This document shows positions 26,614 to 35,593 of a stretch of DNA of 64,000 nt, in pieces (the stretch's first letter is position 1; every line of letters starts with the position of its first letter). A model generated the notes under the pieces. That model ran no database searches. It had not been told where the DNA came from and worked only from the letters and a program-made list of their open reading frames with translations. The stretch is from a virus (taxonomy: Duplodnaviria > Caudoviricetes). Made by a program: the position numbers and the translations under genes. Where the stretch lies: positions 1 to 64,000 of IMG/VR virus record IMGVR_UViG_3300021958_008980. One strand, given 5' to 3'.

Positions 26614-27599
26614 TGGCACACATACTAGTAGACACAGCAAACACATTCTTTAGAGCACGACACGTGATCCGAGGCGACACCTCCGAGAAAGTGGGAATGG
26701 CCATACATATCATGATGAGTTCAATCAAGAAGGCGTGGCAGGATTTCAATGGCACTCATGTTGTTTTCTGTCTTGAAGGTAGAAGTTGGCGTAAGGATCA
26801 CTATGCACCTTATAAAAAAAATAGGAAAGACACCATAGATGCAATGTCTGACAAAGAAAAAGAAGAAAATGAAGTGTTCTGGGAGTGCTATGATGACTTC
26901 TGTGATTTCATTAAGACAAAGACCAATGCAACTGTGCTTAGGAATGCTAGGACAGAAGCAGATGATCTTATAGCAAGATGGATAGACAAGCACCCGGATG
27001 AGAAACACGTGATCATAAGCACAGACAAAGATCTAAATCAACTTGTTGCTCAAAATGTGAAACAATATAACGGCGTCTCAGAAGTCACACTTACACACGA
27101 GGGTTGGTTTGATGCAAAAGGCAACCCTGTAATAGACAAGAAATTAAAAGCACCAAAACCTGCTCCAGACACAGAATGGATGATATTCGAAAAGGCAATG
27201 AGAGGCGATCCAAGTGACAACATATTCTCAGCATACCCAGGAGTGCGTACTAAAGGCACGAAGAACAAGATAGGATTGCAAGAAGCATTTGCGGATAGAC
27301 AGGAAAAAGGATACACTTGGAACAATCTTATGTTGAGTAAGTGGGTGGATCACGAAGGCAACGAACACAGAGTGTTGGAAGATTATGAGAGAAATAGACT
27401 TTTAGTAGACTTACACGCACAACCAGAGGCCATCATAGAAGAACTTGATCAAACGATTGCACAGGCAAAGTCTGAGAATAAAAGCATAGACCAAGTTGGA
27501 ATCAGATTCATGAGGTTCTGTGCCAAGTATGACCTAAATAGGATTAGTGAGCAGGCGCAACTGTATGTTGAGCCTTTTAATGCGAGGTTGGTATCATGA
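26613..27599 (+). CDS. rnh: T4-type RNase H / 5'-3' flap exonuclease
   Basis: LVDTAN, EGRSWRK, YKKNR, EADDLIA, STDKD, GDPSDNI. Confidence 0.93.
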   Translation: MAHILVDTANTFFRARHVIRGDTSEKVGMAIHIMMSSIKKAWQDFNGTHVVFCLEGRSWRKDHYAPYKKNRKDTIDAMSDKEKEENEVFWECYDDFCDFIKTKTNATVLRNARTEADDLIARWIDKHPDEKHVIISTDKDLNQLVAQNVKQYNGVSEVTLTHEGWFDAKGNPVIDKKLKAPKPAPDTEWMIFEKAMRGDPSDNIFSAYPGVRTKGTKNKIGLQEAFADRQEKGYTWNNLMLSKWVDHEGNEHRVLEDYERNRLLVDLHAQPEAIIEELDQTIAQAKSENKSIDQVGIRFMRFCAKYDLNRISEQAQLYVEPFNARLVS

Positions 27600-28099
27600 C
27601 AGTACGTGCAAAGACCCTAGTCAAAGGCAAGTTTTGGATAGTCGAGCAAAACGGCCAAAAATTAGGCACCCTTTCGAAACAAGCGGACAATGGTTGGATT
27701 TTCCTCAGCAAACAGGACAAGAGGCAAGTGTTCCACACGCAGGAGAGCCTGTTCACACGCTTCGGCTTTGGCATATTCGATCAATCAAAAGTACAGACAA
27801 CCGAAAGAGATGTGGAAGCGGACAACTTTGACGTACATGGTTTCCCTTGTAGTCAGCATCCTTACAACCCTATGTTTGATGTGCAGAAGCAGTTGCCGGT
27901 TTACACCAAGACACCAAAAAGCAAGAGTCAATTCTGTGCAGGTTATTACATAATCTGTTTCGAAAAAGGTTGGAGAAAAGCATACTGTCCAAAGATGATA
28001 ACACTTTCAAGGTACGAATACAAAGGACCAATCAAGACCAAACTAGAAATGCAACAGGTATTGAATAATGCAGTCAAGGAATTCCAAGATACAAACTAG
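27596..28099 (+). CDS. hypothetical protein
   Basis: 167 aa; ATGA overlap with rnh; FCAGYY...YCPK. Confidence 0.75.
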   Translation: MTVRAKTLVKGKFWIVEQNGQKLGTLSKQADNGWIFLSKQDKRQVFHTQESLFTRFGFGIFDQSKVQTTERDVEADNFDVHGFPCSQHPYNPMFDVQKQLPVYTKTPKSKSQFCAGYYIICFEKGWRKAYCPKMITLSRYEYKGPIKTKLEMQQVLNNAVKEFQDTN

Positions 28100-28325
28100 A
28101 CCCATAGAGGATCTCATAGGCAGGATCAGGACCCTGCGACAGAAGGGCGAGAGACAGATCGTGATCCCTGCGAAAGAGGCAGACCAACTGGCTGACAGTC
28201 TCACACAGGTGATGACCAGAATGGTCACAATCCAGGAGGATATCATTGAAGCATTAAAGACTGCCAAAGACGCACAAACCATTAACATCGAAATGGACGG
28301 TGGTAATTTCAGTGCTAAAGAATAA
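28068..28325 (+). CDS. hypothetical protein
   Basis: 85 aa; ends IEMDGGNF. Confidence 0.65.
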   Translation: MQSRNSKIQTRPIEDLIGRIRTLRQKGERQIVIPAKEADQLADSLTQVMTRMVTIQEDIIEALKTAKDAQTINIEMDGGNFSAKE

Positions 28326-29103
28326 TTTCAAATTAATTTTAAGCAATTCAGATAATAAAGAGCTCGATCTTGATTATGAACTGAATGATTCATTACTTGC
28401 TGAGAAATGGGCAAAAAAAATCAAGCATCTGAAGAGAGTTCCTGTTGATCCGGTTGAATCAAATATAATCGATGTCTCTGACATACAAAATATTTACAGG
28501 GAATTTTGTGAATTTGCAAATTTAGAACCTATGGATATTGAGCCATTGGATCAAAGCAAACTGAATAAATTGCACAAAATTTTCGAGGAACAGCACGACA
28601 CACTATCTAGAATCAAAAACAATGAAATACTATACAAATTCCACCACTCCATTCACTACAACGAAAATGTTTCAAAAGAAGAATCCCAAATAATTGTTGG
28701 TTGGGGCATAAATGAAGGACTATTAACCGAACAGTTTGATTGCTACTCGTACTATGCGGATAGGATAGAAAGAAATAACATATACCTTCGTTGGACAGAA
28801 CTGGGCAAGAAGCCGTTTGCATACTTCACAGACAAAGAACCAAACAATCAAAAACGTGTCAATGAATTATGTAAACCACATGTTACGTTAAGAGCTAAAT
28901 TTTTTATAAGTTTTAAAGACATAATTCCTAGCGAGTTTACACCTGACTTTTCAAAATGGTTTGATCAATACAAACAAGCATGGTTCAAAGCATATAACAT
29001 ACAAGAATACACCCCAATACATGAACACAGTGCACCTATGTTGGCACACACAAACAACAAACAGGATCTAACAGGTTTTAAATTTGTTAGGATAGAATTA
29101 TGA
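28300..29103 (+). CDS. AT-rich hypothetical protein
   Basis: 267-aa ORF; start uncertain (GTG 28300 or 28312). Confidence 0.65.
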   Translation: MVISVLKNNFKLILSNSDNKELDLDYELNDSLLAEKWAKKIKHLKRVPVDPVESNIIDVSDIQNIYREFCEFANLEPMDIEPLDQSKLNKLHKIFEEQHDTLSRIKNNEILYKFHHSIHYNENVSKEESQIIVGWGINEGLLTEQFDCYSYYADRIERNNIYLRWTELGKKPFAYFTDKEPNNQKRVNELCKPHVTLRAKFFISFKDIIPSEFTPDFSKWFDQYKQAWFKAYNIQEYTPIHEHSAPMLAHTNNKQDLTGFKFVRIEL

Positions 29104-30365
29104 TCGTTATAAAAGACGGACCAGAATTCAGTAAAATATATGCCGACAAGGCGTTTGATAAATGGGGAGCGCCTACAGAAGAAGACATCAGGATAGTGGA
29201 GGAATGGACCGATTTTGACATTCCCAGTGATGCTGAAAAAATTGATGCCAATTTATCTTATGATGCTAATTTCGATGATTACTACAACATGATAGAAAAC
29301 ACACTGTGGATTTTTAACAACGAGATGATTAAGTTAAAAACAGATGTACATATGACCGGTGGTGGTGTTCATTGGATGTTTCAAAAAGGTAATGTAAATA
29401 TCTTCGATATCAGTAAAGTTCAAGTGGCATTTATAAAGTCATTACTACAAGATTGGAATGGAGAAAATTATGGGGAATTTGTTTACAACTTCATTACGGA
29501 GAACAAAATAACACATTTCCACGTTAATCTCAACGAGACCCAAAACTCAAACAAGGACCTAATTGCCAACAAGAACGAGTTCATTGAAAAAATAAATGCA
29601 AATTTTGAGATGCTCAAAAACAAGTATGATCCAGATTGGAAATGGCATTCAGAAAAAAATGTCAAAGTACACAATGGAGATCTAATTGGACAACTGCCCA
29701 ATGTGTATTTGGGCAAAGCATTAGTTTCAAACATATTTGATTTTAAATATTACTTTGCCAAGTGCTACATTTCAAATGCATACACAATGTTATCTCCAAG
29801 CACAAGATCATTCATACAACAAAACGCACATCAGAATATAAAAACAGACAACCCTGCTTGTAGAAAAATTGAATTGAATGTTCCTGTACATGAAATATAC
29901 AACGAAATACAAGACATCAAAAAATACTTACGAATGCATCGGTCAGATTCGGGCATTGGTTGGAGAGCATTCTGCATACATGGACAGTCATACAAAAGAA
30001 CAAAAGAGGACAGTTACTATCCTGACTTTTTAGGGCATGATTGGACTCCTGAAGCATTGGAGAACATGCCGGTAACAATAAAATGGCTGAAGTCCTTGGG
30101 TTACAAAAGTTTTAAACGTGTCAGAGTGATGTGTCTACTGCCAAAGAGTTTCATAAACTTACACAGGGATCAAAATCACAGCAAGTTAGGTGCGGTTAAT
30201 ATTGCTATAAACAATCCCAAGGACTGCAAATTCTATCTACAGAATCATGGTGTGCTGGATTTCAAACCTGGCACTTCATATGAGTTGGATTTGGTTAATT
30301 ATCACGCAGTTGTTAATAACAGCAACATTCCGCGATTCCATATTATCATACACGGTTATAAGTAA
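29100..30365 (+). CDS. fusion: unknown N-terminal domain plus Asp/Asn beta-hydroxylase-like 2OG oxygenase
   Basis: C-terminal RVRVMCLLP...LHRD...NIAINNP...HAVVN...RFHIIIHG. Confidence 0.7.
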   Translation: MIVIKDGPEFSKIYADKAFDKWGAPTEEDIRIVEEWTDFDIPSDAEKIDANLSYDANFDDYYNMIENTLWIFNNEMIKLKTDVHMTGGGVHWMFQKGNVNIFDISKVQVAFIKSLLQDWNGENYGEFVYNFITENKITHFHVNLNETQNSNKDLIANKNEFIEKINANFEMLKNKYDPDWKWHSEKNVKVHNGDLIGQLPNVYLGKALVSNIFDFKYYFAKCYISNAYTMLSPSTRSFIQQNAHQNIKTDNPACRKIELNVPVHEIYNEIQDIKKYLRMHRSDSGIGWRAFCIHGQSYKRTKEDSYYPDFLGHDWTPEALENMPVTIKWLKSLGYKSFKRVRVMCLLPKSFINLHRDQNHSKLGAVNIAINNPKDCKFYLQNHGVLDFKPGTSYELDLVNYHAVVNNSNIPRFHIIIHGYK

Positions 30366-30408
30366 ACCTTTATTTTTTTGGTAAATACACATAGTAAAGA
30401 GTGAATCT

Positions 30409-30696
30409 ATGAGCAGACCAAAACCCACAGTGCTGTTGCAACACAGCAATAAGTCTACCTTCAAAATGGACGAGGTCCTAGCGGCCGAGGGCATCTGGGC
30501 GGTGTTTTACGATGGCAAACCCATCAACCTCAAGTCATCTAGTTTGGTCGCCAATTATCCAGGACCAAAATACAAGAAAGTCTCATTTTCTAATCCCGGA
30601 CACGCGGAAAATTTAGCCAAGAAACTGAACGCACAACACAACACAGACAAGTTTGGCGTGTACATTTTAAAAACCGGCGAAAAATTCTCAAGATAA
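30409..30696 (+). CDS. hypothetical protein
   Basis: MSRPKPTVLL...KYKKVSFSNPGHA; TAAATA at 30382-30387 upstream. Confidence 0.75.
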   Translation: MSRPKPTVLLQHSNKSTFKMDEVLAAEGIWAVFYDGKPINLKSSSLVANYPGPKYKKVSFSNPGHAENLAKKLNAQHNTDKFGVYILKTGEKFSR

Positions 30697-30706
30697 TTAA
30701 CTTACA

Positions 30707-31102
30707 ATGGATCGTAAAACAGCCTACACCCGAACCTTCATGGAACTATTAGAACAACCAATACATGATGAGACAATTAAAAACAATTACTACGCATGGT
30801 GGCAGAATGTACGAGAAAGTTACCAGGCGAGATCATTGAGACTTACCAAACAAGGTTTAGAAATGTTGGAGAAATTGGATCTAAAGACCTACGACATCAA
30901 ATTTCCGGCAAAAGTGATATTCACTCCACAGACGTATCTATGGCTAGACGAATTCGTTGACTGCCCTTATTACGTTGACAAGAAAAAAATCATTGTGACC
31001 ATGGAAAAAATGGCATTACAACTGATGCTTTTTGCAGGAGATATCACAAAATATGGACTTGCAAGGGCAATGAGCAAGATGGACGAACAAAAAAGTCAGT
31101 AA
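30707..31102 (+). CDS. hypothetical protein
   Basis: 131 aa; WWQN...LRLT...LDEFVDCPYY. Confidence 0.75.
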   Translation: MDRKTAYTRTFMELLEQPIHDETIKNNYYAWWQNVRESYQARSLRLTKQGLEMLEKLDLKTYDIKFPAKVIFTPQTYLWLDEFVDCPYYVDKKKIIVTMEKMALQLMLFAGDITKYGLARAMSKMDEQKSQ

Positions 31103-31117
31103 AACCGCGGTTTTTTT
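31101..31117 (+). terminator. possible weak terminator/palindrome
   Basis: AAAACCGCGGTTTT palindrome running into T7; little room for a loop. Confidence 0.3.
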
Positions 31118-31133
31118 AGCCAAATTTACCAGG

Positions 31134-31161
31134 TTGACGTATAACACAATCCTGCTATAAT
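31134..31161 (+). promoter_or_regulatory. sigma70-type promoter with extended -10
   Basis: TTGACG-N16-TATAAT with TGC before the -10 box; AGGAG RBS. Confidence 0.75.
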
Positions 31162-31194
31162 GATATTATAAACATTTAAACAGGAGTGTACTAA

Positions 31195-32298
31195 ATGGCA
31201 AGAGCTAAAAACAAAGAGGCGGCAGTAGGTTCGCAAAACAGAACAGTTTCACCCAACGAGGCGAAATCAGCATTAACACATTGTATCAAATTACAAAGAC
31301 CCATAATGATGTGGGGTGCACCAGGTATCGGTAAGTCAGATATCGTAAAACAGATTGCAGAGGCAGAAGGCAGAGAAGTGATCGATATTAGACTTCCTTT
31401 ATGGGAGCCAACAGACATCAAGGGTATTCCCTATTACAATTCAAAAGAAAACAACATGGTTTGGGCAAGTCCGGCAGAACTGCCAACAGATCCTAAATCC
31501 AAGGCGATTGTTTTCTTGGACGAGTTGAACTCGGCGGCTCCGGCTGTACAGGCGGCGGCTTATCAGTTAATCCTAAACAGAAGAGTAGGTCAGTATCACC
31601 TACCAGAAGGCGTGTCGATCGTGGCGGCGGGTAACAGAGACAGTGACAAAGGTGTCACTTACAGAATGCCGGCTCCGTTGGCAAACAGATTCGTACACGT
31701 AGAACTTAGAGTGGACTTCGAGGACTGGTTGCAATGGGCAACTAATGAACACATACACGCAGATGTCGTAGGTTACTGCACATTCGCAAAACAAGATTTA
31801 TACGATTTTGATCCTAGAGGTAGTTCTAGATCATTCGCAACTCCAAGATCATGGAGTTTCGTAAGCCAACTTCTATCAGACGACCTGCCAGAAAGTACGC
31901 TCACTGACCTCGTAGCAGGTTGCGTAGGAGAAGGACTGGCCGTTAAGTTTATGAATCATCGTAAGATTAGCGGTCAGTTGCCTAACCCATCTGATATATT
32001 GAGCGGTAAGGTCCGAGACCTTAAAACAAAGGAGATATCAGCGATGTACTCCCTAACAGTTTCTTTGTGCTATGAACTACAACAGGCACACGAGAAGAAA
32101 GACAAGACTTGGAATGAACAAGCGGACAGGTTCTTCAACTACATGATGGACAACTTTGAGACGGAGTTGGTGGTTATGGGTGCGAAGATCGCCTTAACAA
32201 ACTACAAACTTCCGTTCGATCCTAGCAAGTTGAAATCATTTGATAGGTTCCATAAGAAGTTTGGCAAGTACGTCATAACTGCTATGGAGTCTAAATAA
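31195..32298 (+). CDS. MoxR-like AAA+ ATPase
   Basis: GAPGIGKS, VFLDE, AAGN, PLANRF, TPRSW. Confidence 0.9.
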   Translation: MARAKNKEAAVGSQNRTVSPNEAKSALTHCIKLQRPIMMWGAPGIGKSDIVKQIAEAEGREVIDIRLPLWEPTDIKGIPYYNSKENNMVWASPAELPTDPKSKAIVFLDELNSAAPAVQAAAYQLILNRRVGQYHLPEGVSIVAAGNRDSDKGVTYRMPAPLANRFVHVELRVDFEDWLQWATNEHIHADVVGYCTFAKQDLYDFDPRGSSRSFATPRSWSFVSQLLSDDLPESTLTDLVAGCVGEGLAVKFMNHRKISGQLPNPSDILSGKVRDLKTKEISAMYSLTVSLCYELQQAHEKKDKTWNEQADRFFNYMMDNFETELVVMGAKIALTNYKLPFDPSKLKSFDRFHKKFGKYVITAMESK

Positions 32299-33539
32299 TG
32301 GTTGATTATCACGATCAGAAAATAATAGACAAACTGGTTACCGCAAGGATCGCCTTACTACTGAAGCATCCGTTCTTTGGCAACCTCGCAACCAGATTGA
32401 AACTTGTGAACGCAGACGACTGGTGTCCAACTGCTGGCACGGATGGCAGACACTTCTTCTACAACACTAAATTCATAGATTCACTCACACCAAAAGAAGC
32501 AGAGTTCTTGTTTGGTCATGAAGTACTTCACAATGTGTTCGAACACATGCTGGTGAGGATCGGAGACAGGGATCCGCAACTTTGGAACATCGCGGCGGAC
32601 TATGCCGTGAACCAGATATTGAAAGATTCAAACATCGGTGAGATGCCCAAGGGCAAGAAAGGCGAGAACAAAGGTTTCCAGGACGACAAGTACAAGGATT
32701 GGGCATCAGAAAGAATATATGATGACCTTTACAAGCAGGCCAAGAAGAACGGCAAGAAGATGTTGGAGAAACTTGGCGAGTTGATGGACGATCACCAGGA
32801 ATGGGGTAAAGGTGATGGTGCGGGAGAAAAAGACGAGAAAGGTGGCAAGAAGGGTGGCAAAGGCAAGCCTGTGTACACCAAAGAAGAACTGAAGAAGATC
32901 AGAGACGAAGTGAAAGAAGCAATGGTGAGTGCGGCACAGAGCACAGGTGCAAGTAATCTACCTGGTGCCTTACAGAGACTGGTAAAAGATCTCACAGAGC
33001 CTAAGATGGACTGGAGAGAAATACTCCAGCAACAGATAATGAGCACGATAAAAAGTGATTACACATGGATGAGACCCAGCAGAAAATCATGGCACACATC
33101 TGCCATACTACCAGGACAGAACAATGATGAGATGATTGACATCTGTTTGGCTCTCGATGCATCTGGATCAATCAGCAACGAACAGTGTAAAGAATTCTTA
33201 ACAGAAGTTAAAAACATAATGGACCAATACAAAGATTACAGAATACATCTTTGGAGTTTCGACACAGAGGTGTTCAACCCTGTTGTGTTCACGCCCGACA
33301 ACGCAGACGAGTTGTTGGACTACAAACTAGGTTCAGGAGGTGGTACAGAGTTTGAGTGCAACTGGAAATACATGAAGGCCAACGGCATAGAGCCCAAGAA
33401 GTTCGTGATGTTTACAGATGGTTGGCCTTTTGATAGTTGGGGTGACGAACACTACTGTGACACAATATTCTTGATCAACAATCCATACGAGAGAGACATA
33501 GAGGCTCCTTTCGGAATGACGGTGCAGTACAATGATTAG
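32298..33539 (+). CDS. DUF2201-type zincin metallopeptidase plus VWA-like domain
   Basis: HEVLH (HExxH), WNIAADYAVN, LDASGS MIDAS, GGGGTEF, MFTDG. Confidence 0.85.
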   Translation: MVDYHDQKIIDKLVTARIALLLKHPFFGNLATRLKLVNADDWCPTAGTDGRHFFYNTKFIDSLTPKEAEFLFGHEVLHNVFEHMLVRIGDRDPQLWNIAADYAVNQILKDSNIGEMPKGKKGENKGFQDDKYKDWASERIYDDLYKQAKKNGKKMLEKLGELMDDHQEWGKGDGAGEKDEKGGKKGGKGKPVYTKEELKKIRDEVKEAMVSAAQSTGASNLPGALQRLVKDLTEPKMDWREILQQQIMSTIKSDYTWMRPSRKSWHTSAILPGQNNDEMIDICLALDASGSISNEQCKEFLTEVKNIMDQYKDYRIHLWSFDTEVFNPVVFTPDNADELLDYKLGSGGGTEFECNWKYMKANGIEPKKFVMFTDGWPFDSWGDEHYCDTIFLINNPYERDIEAPFGMTVQYND

Positions 33540-33642
33540 GTTACTATGGGAGACTTTCAAAGATTGGTTCTTCAATGAGGTATCAATATCCATAATGAGT
33601 TTTGGATTACTATTGATAGCACTATGGAGTTACCTGTCATGA
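33532..33642 (+). CDS. 36-aa membrane peptide
   Basis: MIRLLWETFKDWFFNEVSISIMSFGLLLIALWSYLS; overlaps both neighbours. Confidence 0.5.
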   Translation: MIRLLWETFKDWFFNEVSISIMSFGLLLIALWSYLS

Positions 33643-33710
33643 TTAGTGCAGTCATAAAAGCGTCATTGGTTATGGCCTTGATTTTAATAATTTTGAACTG
33701 GATGTTGTAA
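33639..33710 (+). CDS. 23-aa hydrophobic peptide
   Basis: MISAVIKASLVMALILIILNWML; ATGA and TAATG overlaps. Confidence 0.4.
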   Translation: MISAVIKASLVMALILIILNWML

Positions 33711-34066
33711 TGATGTTATTTCCAAACACAAATCCATACACGGGCAAACTTGAGAAGGTAAAGAACCTACGCAACTGGATGATAGATGCCGCTACGATAC
33801 TGTTTGACGACAGCAAGAATGATCTACGGGCATTGCCAAAGACTGTGAGACTTCAGATACTTGTTACATTAAGTTTCCTATGGAGTACAGCATTCACTAT
33901 CTATTTTTGGGGCATAAGAACTGACATATGGTTGAGTTGGTTCATAGGACACATAGCAATAATATTTGTGGCCTACTACACATTCAAACAGTTCCACGGT
34001 AAAGCACACACAATGAAAGCAGACAAGACAGAGCCTCCAATGTACGATGATGTGTGGGGAGCCTAA
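33710..34066 (+). CDS. membrane protein
   Basis: Two hydrophobic helices (LQILVTLSFLWSTAF; WFIGHIAIIFVAYY). Confidence 0.7.
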   Translation: MMLFPNTNPYTGKLEKVKNLRNWMIDAATILFDDSKNDLRALPKTVRLQILVTLSFLWSTAFTIYFWGIRTDIWLSWFIGHIAIIFVAYYTFKQFHGKAHTMKADKTEPPMYDDVWGA

Positions 34067-34332
34067 TGAAAGTAAATCCAAACAACTTCTTCAAGAGAGA
34101 ACTTGACATATTACCACCACACTTCGTTAACACAGTGGTAAAGGCACACGAAGCCGATGTGGAGAAGATGAGAAAGTGGATCTACGAGAACTGCTCAGGC
34201 AGATATTCAATTACCAAAGATGTGAAATATGACGGTGGAGAATCTAGGTCTTGCACTGTGATAGGATTTGAAAATCCCGGGGATCTTACTCTGTTTGCAT
34301 TGAGTGGTGTTGCTCAGATAAATCAAACCTAA
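34066..34332 (+). CDS. hypothetical protein
   Basis: Start ATG 34066 via TAATG overlap; WIYENCSGRY...IGFENPGD. Confidence 0.7.
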   Translation: MKVNPNNFFKRELDILPPHFVNTVVKAHEADVEKMRKWIYENCSGRYSITKDVKYDGGESRSCTVIGFENPGDLTLFALSGVAQINQT

Positions 34333-34335
34333 CCG

Positions 34336-34364
34336 TTGCAATCCATAATTAATTTTAGTATAAT
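34336..34364 (+). promoter_or_regulatory. sigma70-type promoter
   Basis: TTGCAA-N17-TATAAT; TAATTA in spacer; AAGGA RBS before ATG 34410. Confidence 0.75.
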
Positions 34365-34409
34365 ATACGTATATTATATATTAATTGCAATTAATAAAGG
34401 AAATAACAA

Positions 34410-34724
34410 ATGGCAACAAAAAAGAAAAATCTAAAGAAGCCAACCAAAGCAACTGCACAACCTACCGCGGCGGCGCAACCGCAACAGGCACCTGCAGGAC
34501 AACAGGCTCCGCAACCGGATCCGACTGCTTTATCGATAGGCGACTTGAAAAACCTTTCTACCATTATTGATGTGGCATCCACTAGAGGTGCATTCAAGGC
34601 AAATGAAATGGCAGGTGTAGGAGTGTTATATAACAAACTTCAGGCGTTCTTGGCCAAAGTGGCACCAGAACCAAAACCAGAAGAGAAAAAAGCGGAAGCA
34701 CCAGCGACTGCGGAAGGAAAATAA
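34410..34724 (+). CDS. hypothetical protein
   Basis: LSIGDL...IIDVASTRGAFKANEM...VGVLYNKL core with low-complexity flanks. Confidence 0.75.
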   Translation: MATKKKNLKKPTKATAQPTAAAQPQQAPAGQQAPQPDPTALSIGDLKNLSTIIDVASTRGAFKANEMAGVGVLYNKLQAFLAKVAPEPKPEEKKAEAPATAEGK

Positions 34725-34725
34725 A

Positions 34726-35277
34726 ATGGACACACTAATGAACGTTAACGAGCAGGCAATGCCGATGGGTGACAACACTGGGCAAACCGGCGATGGTCAA
34801 ACTGGTCCAAAAAGACACTTCAAGCATATTGGAGAACTTGTGGATGGTGGAGCGAAGGTCGTTATCATGTATAGAACAGTACCAGGGGAGCCAAACAACT
34901 GTTTGGTGATAGGTACAAAATTCTTACCAGACATCTACCATAACGCATTGATGAAGGCCGTGGAGTCAGATGGTGGACAGGAGGCAGACGAGTTTGCCAC
35001 TTTCGCCAGCAGACAAACATTCCCAGATGGCACAAACATGTTGGCAATGTTACACAATGACAACTACATCAAGAAGTTCAAAACCAAAGATATCATGGTC
35101 ACGTACGGAAATACAACCGATGGCCGAATATTATTAAACAAGTTGAACGAAATGATCTCAAAAGAAAAAGGCGTGTCAGTGAAAGATCTTGCACAGGATT
35201 CTGACGCACCTGCTGAAGCACCAGCAAAGAAGACTACTAAAAAAGCGGATGCCAAAAAGACAGCCGCAAAAGAATAA
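34726..35277 (+). CDS. hypothetical phage protein
   Basis: 183 aa; YRTVPGEP...ALMKAVES...TFPDG. Confidence 0.75.
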   Translation: MDTLMNVNEQAMPMGDNTGQTGDGQTGPKRHFKHIGELVDGGAKVVIMYRTVPGEPNNCLVIGTKFLPDIYHNALMKAVESDGGQEADEFATFASRQTFPDGTNMLAMLHNDNYIKKFKTKDIMVTYGNTTDGRILLNKLNEMISKEKGVSVKDLAQDSDAPAEAPAKKTTKKADAKKTAAKE

Positions 35278-35593
35278 GACATGGGTACAACTGACAAAAG
35301 ATTTTGTCAAGGAATGGCCGGAAGTTTTAGACGGATTACAGTTTACAAACATGCCGGTCAAGTACCTGATGTACATTAACATCCTCTTAAAGAACAATAT
35401 CACAATACACTACGACATAGCCAAAGACCTAAAGACGAAGAAGCAGGAAACAATCGCAAAGTTTCTTAAAAAAACAATAGAAGACAATTACATGAAAATA
35501 AAGAGCGTGGACATGAAGTTCGACATACCTAAACTGAAACGTGATATGGAGTCCAAAACATCATTGATAATGGCTAAAACTTTTAAGAAATAG
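35249..35593 (+). CDS. hypothetical protein
   Basis: Probable start ATG 35249; EWPEVL...PVKY; last + strand gene. Confidence 0.65.
   Translation: MPKRQPQKNKTWVQLTKDFVKEWPEVLDGLQFTNMPVKYLMYINILLKNNITIHYDIAKDLKTKKQETIAKFLKKTIEDNYMKIKSVDMKFDIPKLKRDMESKTSLIMAKTFKK

Noticed and set aside
35583-35593. Special element at the convergent strand switch
   Set aside because: The two genes simply overlap at their 3' ends; no hairpin, repeat or att-like site is visible.
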